From an uncultured Chloroflexia bacterium (GTDB lineage Bacteria; Chloroflexota; Anaerolineae; Anaerolineales; Anaerolineaceae): DNA of 64,000 nt. The position numbers were made by a program, and so were the translations under genes. Position 1 is the stretch's first letter; each line of letters begins with the position of its first letter. Positions 8,433 to 18,427 of the stretch are shown one piece after another. Location of the stretch: the NCBI GenBank assembly GCA_963743005.1, contig CAVUNY010000006.1:109976-173975 (forward strand). Reading direction: 5' to 3'. Below the pieces are notes generated by a model. The model saw nothing but the letters and a program-made list of their open reading frames with translations. It ran no database searches and was not told the DNA's origin.

Positions 8433-9834
8433 ATGACCACGATAGCATTCATTGGGGCAGGCAGCACCGTTTTTGCCAAGAACTTGCTCGGCGATATTCT
8501 CAGTTTCCCCGAGCTGGCGGATGCCACCATTCGTTTGATGGATATCGATCCCGTGCGCTTGCATACCACCCAACTGGTAGCCGAGCGCATCGCGCGCGCC
8601 CTGGGCGCGCACCCGACGATTGAAACCACCCTCGACCGGCGCACCGCGCTTAAGGGGGTGAACTACGTCATCACCATGTTCCAGATTGGCGGTTACCGCC
8701 CGGGCACGGTGATCGATTTTGAGATCCCCAAGAAGTATGGGCTGCGCCAGACCATCGCCGATACCCTGGGGATCGGTGGAATCATGCGCGCCCTGCGCAC
8801 CATCCCCGTGCTGCTGGACCTGAGCCGGGAGATGGAAGAGCTCTGCCCGGATGCCACCCTGCTCAACTACGTCAACCCGATGGCCATGAATATGTGGGCG
8901 GTGAACCGCGCCAGCGGAATTAAGAATGTCGGCCTGTGTCATTCGGTGCAGGGCACCGCCATGCAGATGGCGCATGACATACAGATCCCCGGCGAGGAGG
9001 TCAATTATTTGTGCGCCGGGATCAACCACATGGCCTTCTACTTGAAGTTCGAGCGTAAAACGAAAGACGGGGTCGAGGATCTTTACCCGCGCCTGCGCCA
9101 GGTGGTATCCGAAGGACGGGTGCCCGATTGGAACCGGGTGCGCTATGAGATGTTCATGCGCCTGGGTTATTTCGTGACCGAATCCAGCGAGCACTTCGCC
9201 GAATATACCCCCTGGTTTATCAAACGCGACCGGCCCGACCTGATCGAGAAGTTCAATGTGCCGCTGGATGAGTATATCCGCCGCTGCGAAGTACAGCTGG
9301 CCGGGTGGGGAGTCGACCAAAGATGTGGTTGAGAACCCTGATCTGCCCGTGAATACCGACCTCATCCGCCAGAAGCTGCTGGCAGCCGGCGGCACCGAGC
9401 ATGACGTGCTCTGGTTGAGCCGCATGGCGACCAATTTCGACGAGATTACCCAATCGCACGAATACGGTTCGTATATCATCCACAGCCTGGAGACCGGCAT
9501 CCCGCGCGTGGTGTACGGCAACGTGGCCAACCATGGCCTGATTGATAACCTGCCGGCGGGCTGTACGGTGGAAGTGCCTGTCCTGGTGGATAAGAGCGGC
9601 CTCCAGCCGACCCATATCGGCAGCCTGCCCCCGCAGCTTGCGGCGCTGATCCAGACCAATGTCAACGTCCAGTCGCTGACGGTGGAAGCCACCCTAACCG
9701 GCAAGCGGGACTACATCTACCACGCCGCCATGCTCGACCCGCACACCGCTGCTGAGTTGGATCTGGACCAGATCTGGCACATGGTCGACGACCTGATCGA
9801 GGCCCACGGCGACATGCTGCCAAAATTCCATTAA
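8433..9834 (+). pseudogene. GH4 family alpha-glucosidase/alpha-galactosidase (NAD+/Mn2+-dependent), interrupted by a +1 frameshift near 9256-9332.
   Basis: The N-terminal part (8433-9332) has MTTIAFIGAGSTVF and GLCHSVQGT. The C-terminal part continues in the +1 frame (9256-9834) with …GNVANHGLIDNLP…. The two pieces sum to a normal ~465 aa GH4 protein. The shift site includes the GGGTGGGG run at 9303-9310. Confidence 0.75.
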
Positions 9835-9890
9835 TAAATGCCGGCCTGACCTGTAATAATCGAGAACCACCATGATGTCAATATAACCCG

Positions 9891-9935
9891 GATGGTCAGA
9901 GAAACCGCAAACTTTTTCTGACCATCTTTTTCGTC
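9891..9935 (+). terminator. Rho-independent terminator after the GH4 gene.
   Basis: A 10 bp stem (GATGGTCAGA/TCTGACCATC) is followed by TTTTTCGTC. Confidence 0.6.
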
Positions 9936-9966
9936 AAAATCCGGATGTACAGGGCGGTAAAACGCG

Positions 9967-11646
9967 GTGAAGAAATTCTCATCCTATTTTCTTCAAGGGC
10001 TGCTGCCGATTAATCGGGCTCAAATCCCCGCGGATATTATGGGCGGGGTCACATTGGCCGCTCTGGCGATCCCGGAGGTGATGGGCTATACCCGGATCGC
10101 CCACATGCCGGTAGTGACCGGCCTGTATACGATCCTGATCCCGATGATCATTTTCGCGCTGGTTGGTTCCTCACGCCACCTGGTGGTAGGGGCTGATTCG
10201 GCGACCGCGGCTATCATGGCGGGGGGTCTGGCCAATCTGGCGGTGGCTGCTTCTCCCCAATATGTCGCGTTTGCCGGGGTACTGGCATTGATGACAGCCG
10301 CCCTGCTGATCCTGGCGCGGATGATCCGCCTGGGTTTCCTCGCTGATTTCCTCTCCCACACCGTCCTGATCGGCTTCCTGACCGGGGTTGGCATTCAGGT
10401 GGCCGTGAGCGGGCTCTCAGGGATCCTGGGCATCCCCGGAGGCGGGGTTGGGCCCGTCCAGCAGATCATTGCCGATTTTCAACAGCTTGGGCATACGAAC
10501 TTTTTCGCCCTGGGGATCTCGATTATCGTCATCAGCATTATTGTTGGCACGAATAAGATCAACCCGAATATCCCCGGCGCGCTCGTGGCGGTCCTGGGTG
10601 CGATTTTATTCAGCTTCATTTTTAATTTTTCGGGTATGGGCGTGGCCGTGCTGGGAGCCTCCGCAGGCGCGCTGCCCACAATAAGCCTGCCGGAAGTCTC
10701 ACTGAACCTGAACCTGCTGCGCCAGCTGTTGCCGATTTCGCTCTCGATGTTTATCGTCGTTCTGGCGCAGAGCGCAGCCACCGCCCGCGCTTATGCCATC
10801 CGCTATGGCGAGCATCTGAGTGAAAACGCGGACCTGGTCGCTATGGGCCTGGCCAATATCGGGGCCGGCCTTTCCGGGACCTTTGTGGTCAATGGCAGCC
10901 CGACCAAGACCCAAATGGTGGATAGCGCCGGCGGGCGCAGCCAGCTTGCGCAAATCACCACCGCGGGCATCGTCCTCCTGGTGCTGTTGTTCTTGAAAGA
11001 TCTCCTCGCTTACCTGCCAGAAGCGGTGCTGGCGGCGGTGGTTTTTTTGATCGGTATCGAGTTGATTGATATCAAAGGGATGCGCCGGATTTACTCCGAG
11101 CGCCCGTATGAATTCTGGGTCGCTCTGATCACCACTGCGGCTGTCGTATTTATTGGGGTGGTAGAGGGGATCCTGTTAGCGATCCTGTTGTCGCTTCTTA
11201 TCCACACCCGCCATGGGTATAAACCGAAAAACTCCTTGCTGATGACCAACCCGGAGGGTAATCTGCGCGTGGCCTTGGTCAGCAGCCAGGCTCAAGTCGT
11301 GCCGGGTTTGATCGTCTATCGTTTCCACCACAGCCTGTATTATGCCAACGCAGAATTCTTAACCCGGGAAGTGCTGGGGCTGGTTAACGGCGCAGTCCCC
11401 CAATTGGCCTGGTTTTGTCTGGATGCCATCGCCGTCGATGATATCGACTTTACCGCGGCGAATACGCTCAAAGAGCTGTTTAAAGTCCTTAAAGAAAAAA
11501 ACGTGCGCCTGGTATTGGCAGATATCGATAGCCACGTTTCTCTTGAACTGGAGCGCTCGGGACTGATCGACTTGCTGGGGAAGGATGCAATCTTCGAGAC
11601 TGCGGTGGCCGCTATCGACGCTTATCGATTAATATTCGTTGAATAA
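9967..11646 (+). CDS. SulP family inorganic anion (sulfate) transporter with a C-terminal STAS domain.
   Basis: GTG start. The protein has multiple TM segments, a SulP signature region, and a STAS-like C-terminus. Confidence 0.85.
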   Translation: MKKFSSYFLQGLLPINRAQIPADIMGGVTLAALAIPEVMGYTRIAHMPVVTGLYTILIPMIIFALVGSSRHLVVGADSATAAIMAGGLANLAVAASPQYVAFAGVLALMTAALLILARMIRLGFLADFLSHTVLIGFLTGVGIQVAVSGLSGILGIPGGGVGPVQQIIADFQQLGHTNFFALGISIIVISIIVGTNKINPNIPGALVAVLGAILFSFIFNFSGMGVAVLGASAGALPTISLPEVSLNLNLLRQLLPISLSMFIVVLAQSAATARAYAIRYGEHLSENADLVAMGLANIGAGLSGTFVVNGSPTKTQMVDSAGGRSQLAQITTAGIVLLVLLFLKDLLAYLPEAVLAAVVFLIGIELIDIKGMRRIYSERPYEFWVALITTAAVVFIGVVEGILLAILLSLLIHTRHGYKPKNSLLMTNPEGNLRVALVSSQAQVVPGLIVYRFHHSLYYANAEFLTREVLGLVNGAVPQLAWFCLDAIAVDDIDFTAANTLKELFKVLKEKNVRLVLADIDSHVSLELERSGLIDLLGKDAIFETAVAAIDAYRLIFVE

Positions 11647-11654
11647 GGATTCAC

Positions 11655-12698
11655 TTATTGGGTAAGATGCTCAGCCAGCGCCAAAAACTCGGGCGTTTCG
11701 ATCTCTTCGGCCCGCCCGCTGTCAAATAATTCCGCCAGGGTGGGGTCGATCGGCAGCCGTCCCCAAACCGGCACCCCGGCTCGTTCGGCGACTTCGTCCA
11801 CGTGGCTGGGTCCAAAAAGGGAATGCTCCTCGCCGCAGTTCGGGCAGCGGTAGTAGCTCATATTTTCAACCACCCCCAGAATGGGCACCTTGAGTTCCTT
11901 GAGCATGTAGATCGCCTTCTTGACCACCATTGCCGCCAGCTCCTGTGGGGTGGTGACCAGCACCACCCCGTTGAGCGGCAGATTCTGTACCACCGCCAGG
12001 GCCGCATCCGAGGTGCCCGGCGGCAGGTCGACCAGCAGTGTATCCAGCTTGCCCCAGATTGCCTCGCCCCAGAACTGGCGGATAGTAGCCGAAATCATCG
12101 GCCCGCGCCACACTACCGGCAGGTCCTCCTCCGGCAGCAGCAGGTTGGCCGAGACCACCTTGATCCCTTTGGCTGTCACGGCAGGCAGCATGCCCATCTC
12201 GCCGGCCCGCAGCCCACCCGAGGGCAGTTTGAACAGGCGCGGGATGCTTGGCCCGGTGATATCCGCGTCCAGGATGCCCACCTTCTGGCCCTTGCGCAGC
12301 AAGGCTACTGCCAGGGCGGCGGTGACGGATGACTTTCCCACCCCACCCTTGCCGCTCATCACCGCGATCACCTGTTTGATCTTATTTAATGTATTGAGCT
12401 TGGGAAGCTGGGGAGCTTGCGCTTTGCTTAAAGCGACATTGCGCTCAGCATCGGTCATACTGCGGAAGTGGGTATTGACCTCCGCCACGCCCGGCAGGGC
12501 TTTGACCGCGGCGCGCGCGCTGGCTGCCATCGAATCACGCAGCGGGCAGCCGGGTGCGGTGAGCGCGATAGTGAAAGATATAGATCCCTCGGGGGCAATC
12601 GCCAGGTCGTGGATCATGTTGAGTTCGACCAGGTTGCGCCCCAACTCGGGATCGGTGACTTTGCGTAAAGCGTCGATAACTTCGGTCTGGGTGGGCAT
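11655..12698 (-). CDS. apbC: Mrp/NBP35 (ApbC) family Fe-S cluster carrier ATPase with an N-terminal MIP18/DUF59 domain.
   Basis: The protein has the deviant Walker A GKGGVGKS and a CPNCGE motif. Confidence 0.85.
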   Translation of the reverse strand: MPTQTEVIDALRKVTDPELGRNLVELNMIHDLAIAPEGSISFTIALTAPGCPLRDSMAASARAAVKALPGVAEVNTHFRSMTDAERNVALSKAQAPQLPKLNTLNKIKQVIAVMSGKGGVGKSSVTAALAVALLRKGQKVGILDADITGPSIPRLFKLPSGGLRAGEMGMLPAVTAKGIKVVSANLLLPEEDLPVVWRGPMISATIRQFWGEAIWGKLDTLLVDLPPGTSDAALAVVQNLPLNGVVLVTTPQELAAMVVKKAIYMLKELKVPILGVVENMSYYRCPNCGEEHSLFGPSHVDEVAERAGVPVWGRLPIDPTLAELFDSGRAEEIETPEFLALAEHLTQ

Positions 12699-12763
12699 AC
12701 TCTACCTTTATAAGACGGGGATGAACGCTACAATTGTATCATCGAAAACCGCGGGTTAACTCC

Positions 12764-12793
12764 TTGACAATTCCCCCGCCCTGCGGTATAAAT
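12764..12793 (+). promoter_or_regulatory. Near-consensus sigma70 promoter (TTGACA - 17 bp - TATAAAT) driving the tRNA.
   Basis: TTGACA lies at 12764-12769 and TATAAA at 12787-12792 with an exact 17 bp spacer. The tRNA 5' end is 25 nt downstream. Confidence 0.7.
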
Positions 12794-12817
12794 AGAGCGC
12801 TTCCTCGGAAGCGGATT

Positions 12818-12891
12818 GCCCCTGTAGCGCAATTGGACAGAGCGTTTGCTTGCGGAGCAAAAGGTTACAGATTCGAATTCTGTCAGGGGCA
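12818..12891 (+). tRNA. tRNA (74 nt, no encoded CCA). The anticodon loop UUGCGGA gives anticodon GCG, so Arg.
   Basis: A manual cloverleaf fits: acceptor GCCCCTG/CAGGGGC, T-arm ACAGA-TTCGAAT-TCTGT, anticodon stem TTTGC/GCAAA, G37. Confidence 0.75.
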
Positions 12892-12894
12892 CAC

Positions 12895-12925
12895 GAACCG
12901 TCTTGAAAAGGACGGTTCTTTATTT
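12895..12925 (+). terminator. Rho-independent terminator after the tRNA.
   Basis: The stem GAACCGTC/GACGGTTC is followed by TTTATTT. Confidence 0.7.
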
Positions 12926-13141
12926 AAGGTTGCAGATCCCCATGGGGGACGATGTTCGAATTCAGCCCCCTCCGGGGGTACTGCGTAATCAGGGGCACAC
13001 TATAAAATCTCTCTTCTACTCATAAAAATATGAGGAAATAGAAGGGAGTTTTTATTATGATTCATAAATGAGAGTACAGCTTGCTCAACCATTCAGTGGG
13101 GCCGGTTAGATCCCGCTGAATGGTAAACGAAACCGCGAAGT

Positions 13142-13426
13142 TTAATGAACTTCGAGGCGTACGGTCACGATGTCGTCTACCTCAAGATTTTCTGCTTCTC
13201 GGACACTCGCTTTGATGGGCACAATGTAGCAGCCATTTTTGGGAAACAAGGCGGTCTTCCACTCGGTTTTGCCGATGCGGACAGAGGCGGGAATCATTCC
13301 CCAGCCATAAGTCACGAACCCTGATATGGCTTTCAGGTCGCCGCTCTGCTGCGCCGGAACGGTAACGAAGTAGAAGGGGGAGGGACCATGCCAGTACCAT
13401 ATTTTGCCGTTGAACTCGATGTTCAT
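13142..13426 (-). CDS. DUF1905 domain protein.
   Basis: The 94 aa protein has the typical DUF1905 beta-rich sequence (…KTEWKTALFPKNGCYIVPIK…). Confidence 0.5.
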   Translation of the reverse strand: MNIEFNGKIWYWHGPSPFYFVTVPAQQSGDLKAISGFVTYGWGMIPASVRIGKTEWKTALFPKNGCYIVPIKASVREAENLEVDDIVTVRLEVH

Positions 13427-13647
13427 GGTGATAGTATATCAAATGCCTGACGGCTTGCATCATGAATTAATCGCTCCCGGGAACGCGATGTCAACTTTTA
13501 ACTCGGCTGCGTCTGATGCACTGGCACCGGCATATCGAACAATTCCAGAGGCTTGCAGGGCAGGCCGGTTCAGAATGCATTATTTGAATTTCCGATGATG
13601 AATATCACGAATTCTTTATGGGTTTGGGGTAACACTCCGGAGATACT

Positions 13648-14568
13648 TTAATCCGGCTGGATTTCCAAATATTTCTCGACCTCGGCTGCCGTAGGAACAG
13701 CGACGCCCCCCGCGGCGGTCACGGAAAGGCCTCCGCAGATATTTCCCAGGCGCAGGCAGCGCTCCAGGGGTTCGCCGCGCAACAGGCCAAAAAGAAAACC
13801 GGCGTTGAAGCAGTCCCCGGCGCCGGTGGTATCGACAACTTTTTCTACCGGCAGGCCCGGCGAAAGGAGTATCTGACCTTCCTGGCAGGCGAAAGCCCCC
13901 TGTGCGCCGCATTTGACAATGACCAGCGGAACCAGCCGTGAAAGGATGGTTAATGCATCTTCCAGGCTGGCGGCCCCGGTTAGCCGGAGCGCTTCCAACT
14001 GGTTGGGCGCAAAAACATCGACGGCGCCGATTGCCGCTCTCACCCCCGGGTTTTCCAGCGTTTCTTCGGTAAACTGGCAGTCCATGTAAATCTTTATTCC
14101 TGCCTGACGCGCCGTCGTGAAAATATCCTTGTGGATCTCATCCGGAAATAGATTGGGAAGGTACAGCCACTCCGGCCGCTCCCGCAGCAGGATCGGGCAC
14201 AGCGGCGGCAGGCTGATCGGGTCCATAAAGCTGATAAAGGACCGGTCCTGCGGAAAAGACAGGGCAACCGTCACCCGCTGCAGGGGAAAGGGGAGAATTT
14301 CAAAAAGGCCCGGGTCAATGCCTTCCTCCCGGCAGCGCTCCAGAACATAACGGCTGAAAAAATCGCTGCCGAAATCGCACACCCAGCCGGCGCGCACGCC
14401 CAGGCGCTGAAAGGCTAAAGCAGGGTTAAAATTCGCGCCCGGGCGAATTTCCAGGCCATCGCCGTAATATTCCTCGCCCAGGGCCGGCATTTTGGGCAGG
14501 CCGGTGAAAATCAGGTCGCAAAAGTAAAGGCCGTAATGGATAACCTGGTAGCGTTGGCTCAATGCCAT
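13648..14568 (-). CDS. PfkB family carbohydrate kinase (ribokinase-like).
   Basis: A DTTGAGDCF motif sits near the C-terminus. The gene overlaps the upstream GH4 gene by 10 nt. Confidence 0.8.
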   Translation of the reverse strand: MALSQRYQVIHYGLYFCDLIFTGLPKMPALGEEYYGDGLEIRPGANFNPALAFQRLGVRAGWVCDFGSDFFSRYVLERCREEGIDPGLFEILPFPLQRVTVALSFPQDRSFISFMDPISLPPLCPILLRERPEWLYLPNLFPDEIHKDIFTTARQAGIKIYMDCQFTEETLENPGVRAAIGAVDVFAPNQLEALRLTGAASLEDALTILSRLVPLVIVKCGAQGAFACQEGQILLSPGLPVEKVVDTTGAGDCFNAGFLFGLLRGEPLERCLRLGNICGGLSVTAAGGVAVPTAAEVEKYLEIQPD

Positions 14569-15935
14569 TCCCCGATGTACTCTCGATGTGCTGTCAGGTA
14601 TTCGTCCACCAATTTTTGAGCCAGCGAGTAGGATAACACCAGGGGATGGTTCATCAGCGCCATCACTGCCTGCTGGCGGGAGCGGTTTTGAATTGCCTTT
14701 ACCGTCAACCGTTCGTAGAGTTTGACCATGCCCATCAGCTGCAGTTGGTGGGCCGGAATTTCACCGATGGGCAGGGGGTGGATCCCCGACCCGTCCACCC
14801 GGCAGCTCACCTCGACCACATCGTCGTCTGCCATGCCCGAAATCGCGCCCTGATTGGGAACATTGAGCCCCGTGTGGAGCGGCTCGCCTGTTTCCATGGC
14901 CTCCATGATGTTCAAAGCCACGCCGGCGTAGCCTTCTTCTTCCTCTTCCTGCGTCCTGGTCATCTTTTCCGGAATCACTGCGGGTATCACCTGGTTTTGG
15001 GTGACGGTATAGGGCATATAGCTGGCACTGCGCTGTTCATTAAACTTGTAATAGGCAGCCAATGCCTCCAGAGGATGGGTTTCTGGGTCGATCTTCTTTA
15101 TCACCTCAAATATCTGCTGGTTGATCTGGCCTACTTTTTCACCCCGGGTATATTCTTCCAGGTTAATTTGGCGCAGGGCTTCTTCGCGATAGTAAAAATA
15201 AAACAGGTATTCATTTAAAAACATGTCGATTTCGCGGATCAGTTCTGGTTCGAACAAGCGCAGCATGGTCATCTGGCGAAAATCCGGCTCGTTTAGCAGA
15301 GGATGAAGCAGGTCCTTTCCGTCCAGCAGGACCCGCCGGGTCCATGAAAGGTGGTTGAGCCCAAAAACTTCGGCCCGCAGCTGGTTGGGCTTTATATCAA
15401 ACCAGCGCGCTACGGCATGCTGCGCCATATTGGCGCCGTCGCAGATCCCCACCGCCCGCTTGTATCCGGCCTCAAACAATGCCTGGGTGACCAGCCCGGA
15501 AGGATTGGTAAAGTTTAACATCCAGGCGCCCGGGCTGTATTTTTCCAGCAATTCCGCATAATTCAAAATCGCCGGGATACTGCGCAGCGCCATGGCGAAC
15601 CCGCCTGGCCCGGTGGTCTCCTGGCCCAACACGCCGTTTTGTAAGGCAATCTTTTCGTCCAGGACGCGCCCCGCATCTATCCCCACCCGAATGGTGGTGA
15701 TGATATAGCGGGCGCCTTCAAGAGCGGCCTGGTTTTGGGTGGTGGTGGTGACCCGCACCTCACTTTCAGCCTGGCTGACCAGCTTCTTGACCAGTGTACC
15801 GATCATTTGCAGTTTTTCGGGCTGGATATCCATTAAGCATAATTCTTCCAACTTCAAGCGTTCAGCCCGGCGCAGGATCGAGTTAATTAAGAGCGGTGTG
15901 CGAACTCCCCCACCCCCAACGATGGTCAGTTTCAT
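14559..15935 (-). CDS. GH4 family 6-phospho-glucosidase/alpha-glucosidase.
   Basis: The protein has MKLTIVGGGG and …CDGANMAQHAV… of the family-4 fold, and is 458 aa. Confidence 0.8.
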   Translation of the reverse strand: MKLTIVGGGGVRTPLLINSILRRAERLKLEELCLMDIQPEKLQMIGTLVKKLVSQAESEVRVTTTTQNQAALEGARYIITTIRVGIDAGRVLDEKIALQNGVLGQETTGPGGFAMALRSIPAILNYAELLEKYSPGAWMLNFTNPSGLVTQALFEAGYKRAVGICDGANMAQHAVARWFDIKPNQLRAEVFGLNHLSWTRRVLLDGKDLLHPLLNEPDFRQMTMLRLFEPELIREIDMFLNEYLFYFYYREEALRQINLEEYTRGEKVGQINQQIFEVIKKIDPETHPLEALAAYYKFNEQRSASYMPYTVTQNQVIPAVIPEKMTRTQEEEEEGYAGVALNIMEAMETGEPLHTGLNVPNQGAISGMADDDVVEVSCRVDGSGIHPLPIGEIPAHQLQLMGMVKLYERLTVKAIQNRSRQQAVMALMNHPLVLSYSLAQKLVDEYLTAHREYIGEWH

Positions 15936-16087
15936 TTTTTATCCTTTTTTCAAAGATCGACGGGTGTAGATGGTGTTAACCAAAAAATAACACATTATTA
16001 ACCTTTTCGACCAAAGAAATCATGTCCGTAGGTGTAGAATGTTTCATGTTCTTCAAACTAGCGATAATAAGAATTGGATGCTGACTA

Positions 16088-16223
16088 CTGATATATATAA
16101 GTATATATCATAATTAAAGCGAGTTAAGACATTAAAAATTGACCAGAGTAAGCTGAGCCGCTGTGTTTTTTCCGGAAAAGTACTTGACTCTGATTAATTA
16201 CGATATATACTTATATATATCAG
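16088..16223. promoter_or_regulatory. Perfect 22 bp inverted repeat pair (CTGATATATATAAGTATATATC … GATATATACTTATATATATCAG) separated by 92 bp of AT-rich DNA, in the divergent GH4-pfkB / gntR intergenic region.
   Basis: The two copies are 22/22 complementary (16088-16109 and 16202-16223). The second copy ends 8 nt before the GntR start. Confidence 0.6.
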
Positions 16224-16230
16224 CGGTTAA

Positions 16231-16968
16231 TTGACGACAATTTTGATTGATATGTCATCTTATCAACCTCTTCACACTCAATTAAAAGAAGCAATTGTCA
16301 CCGCGATTTATAGTGGGGTTTATTCACCCGGCACCCGGCTGCCGTCGCAAAGAGAACTTTGCGAAAAGCACAATATGAGCCATATGACTGTCCGGCGGGC
16401 AATCAATGAACTGGTGGGGGAAGGGTTCATTACCGCCGTCCCGGGGCGAGGATTATTTGTCAAAGAACCTGTTGCTTATCCACTAGAAAATTTTAAAGGT
16501 TTCAATACCCTGACCCGCGAGGGTGGTCAAACTCCCACCAGCCAGGTACTTGAGGCTCACCTCATCCCGGCGGCCGAGGCGCTGGCTCGTGATCTGGAGA
16601 TCTCGGAAAACAGCGAGGTTGTCCATCTGCACCGCCTGCGGTTTATCGATGGTCGTCCGGTGATGATCCAGCAAAGCTGGCTGCCACATACCCTCTGCCC
16701 GGATATTCTGGCCAACGATTTCGCGGACTCGTCTTTGTTTGAGATTTTGTCGATGAAGTATAACGTCCGGGTAGTAGAAGGCCGGCAAACGATCAGCGCC
16801 AGACTGGCCACACAGGAAGAATGTCGTCTGCTGCGGCTGTCGAAATTTGGCGTGGTGCTCACAGTGGATGCCCTTGAATATTCGCAGACCCACCGACCGG
16901 TCGAGTTTTCTATTTCGGTCTTCAACCCGCAAATCCATCCCCTGCGCCAAACCAACCGGGCGGAATGA
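16231..16968 (+). CDS. GntR family transcriptional regulator (HutC/UTRA subfamily).
   Basis: The N-terminus has a wHTH (PLHTQLKEAIVTAIYSGVYSPGTRLPSQRELCEKHNMSHMTVRRAI) and the C-terminus is UTRA-like. The start may instead be the internal ATG at 16252. Confidence 0.8.
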   Translation: MTTILIDMSSYQPLHTQLKEAIVTAIYSGVYSPGTRLPSQRELCEKHNMSHMTVRRAINELVGEGFITAVPGRGLFVKEPVAYPLENFKGFNTLTREGGQTPTSQVLEAHLIPAAEALARDLEISENSEVVHLHRLRFIDGRPVMIQQSWLPHTLCPDILANDFADSSLFEILSMKYNVRVVEGRQTISARLATQEECRLLRLSKFGVVLTVDALEYSQTHRPVEFSISVFNPQIHPLRQTNRAE

Positions 16969-17144
16969 AATGGATCAAATAAGCTAGGCAACAGGTTGAA
17001 ATCGTCATTACGGGAAGTCAAGAATTTGTACACGGAAGGAGGTGGTCCAGGAAAATGTACTTCTGATATCCAACATGCCTTGTTGGCTACCGATTTTTAA
17101 TCTATTCGTTGATTTCAAGCTCGAACAAGTTTGGAGGAAACAAG

Positions 17145-18355
17145 ATGAAAAGTAGTCGTTTGACCCTGGTTTCACTGATTGTGATATTCGCCCTGGCATT
17201 AGGCGCCTGTGCCCCTGCCGCCCCGGCTGCTGGAACCTCAGCACCTGCCAGTACTTCAGCGCCTGCAGCCACTACGGCGCCGGCTCAGGTCACGACCATT
17301 AACTTCGTGACCGACTCAGACACGAACATCAGCGACTGGATGTCGAATGTCATCGCACCAGCCTTCCACGCCAAGTTCCCGCAGTACGAATTGAAAGTGA
17401 CCATTGTGCGTGGAGTTGGAAATGGCGATGCGGATATTGCAGATCGCGCCCTGGCTGCGCTGCAAACCAACGCGGATCCACAGGTCGATATCCTGGAATT
17501 CGATGCGCTTTCCAAGCCAGATTTGGTCACCGCCGGCCTGTGGTATACGTTGGATACGACCAGCGTGCCGAATTCCAAGAACCTGCTGGCAGGGTTAAAA
17601 CATCAGACTTCAGCATGCCCTACCGCGGCTCTCAGGTGCTTCTGGCTTACGACAGCACGAAGGTTAAAGATACGGATGTGCCGAAAACATTCCCCGACTT
17701 GCTGACCTGGATTAAGGCCAATCCGGGACAGTTTGTCTACTGCCGGCCCGATAAGGGTGGCTCTGGCGGCAACTTTGTCGTGCGCGCAATCTACCAGGCG
17801 ACCGGCAACGACCCCTCTATCTTCAAACCCGGTACCCCGGATCCCGCTCTAACCGCTCAATTTACAAAAGCCTGGACGATGCTGCAGGATATTCACACCT
17901 CCATTTATGATAATGGCGCTTACCCGGCCGGCAATACACAGTCTATGACCCTCCTGCAAAACGGTTCGGTCAGCATGATCACTGCCTGGTCAGACCAGGC
18001 CCTGGTGGCCTTGTCAAAGGGTGTGCTGCCTTCAACAGTCAAGCTGGCCCAGCTCACCGACTTACCTTTCCCCGGCGGTTCCACTCGTCTATCGATCCCC
18101 AAAAACGCCAAAAACTTGCAGGGCGCGCTGGCCTTCCTCAATTTCATGTTGAGCAATGATGGTCAGACTTCCGTCATCAAGGATGTCGGCGGTTTCCCGG
18201 CGGTAGATTGGAGCACCCTCCCGCAGGATCTGCAAACCCAATATACCAGTGTCATCGCGAAGAGCGTTCCCAACTGGCCCGGCGGCCAGTGGGATGCCAT
18301 CATGCAAAAAGGGTGGTATGACAACGTAGCCACCAATATCAAGCAAGGATCATAA
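17145..18355 (+). pseudogene. ABC transporter substrate-binding lipoprotein (family 1, PotD/PotF-like), interrupted by a frameshift near 17590-17640.
   Basis: GGAGG RBS. A lipoprotein signal and Ala/Pro-rich linker are present. The N-terminal frame stops at 17705 and the C-terminal frame is open from 17540 (…DFSMPYRGSQVLLAYDSTKV…). The junction contains the GGGTTAAAACATC run at 17593-17605. Confidence 0.7.
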
Positions 18356-18427
18356 CCGGTTTTACACCAGCAGGGGTGGGCCCTTCCACCCCTGCTGGTG
18401 CATAATAAGGTGAGGTAAGTATAAATT

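Noticed and set aside
13090-13127. The hairpin ACCATTCAG…CTGAATGGT downstream of the DUF1905 gene was considered as a terminator.
   Set aside because: No U-tract follows on the relevant (minus) strand, so it is not called as a feature.
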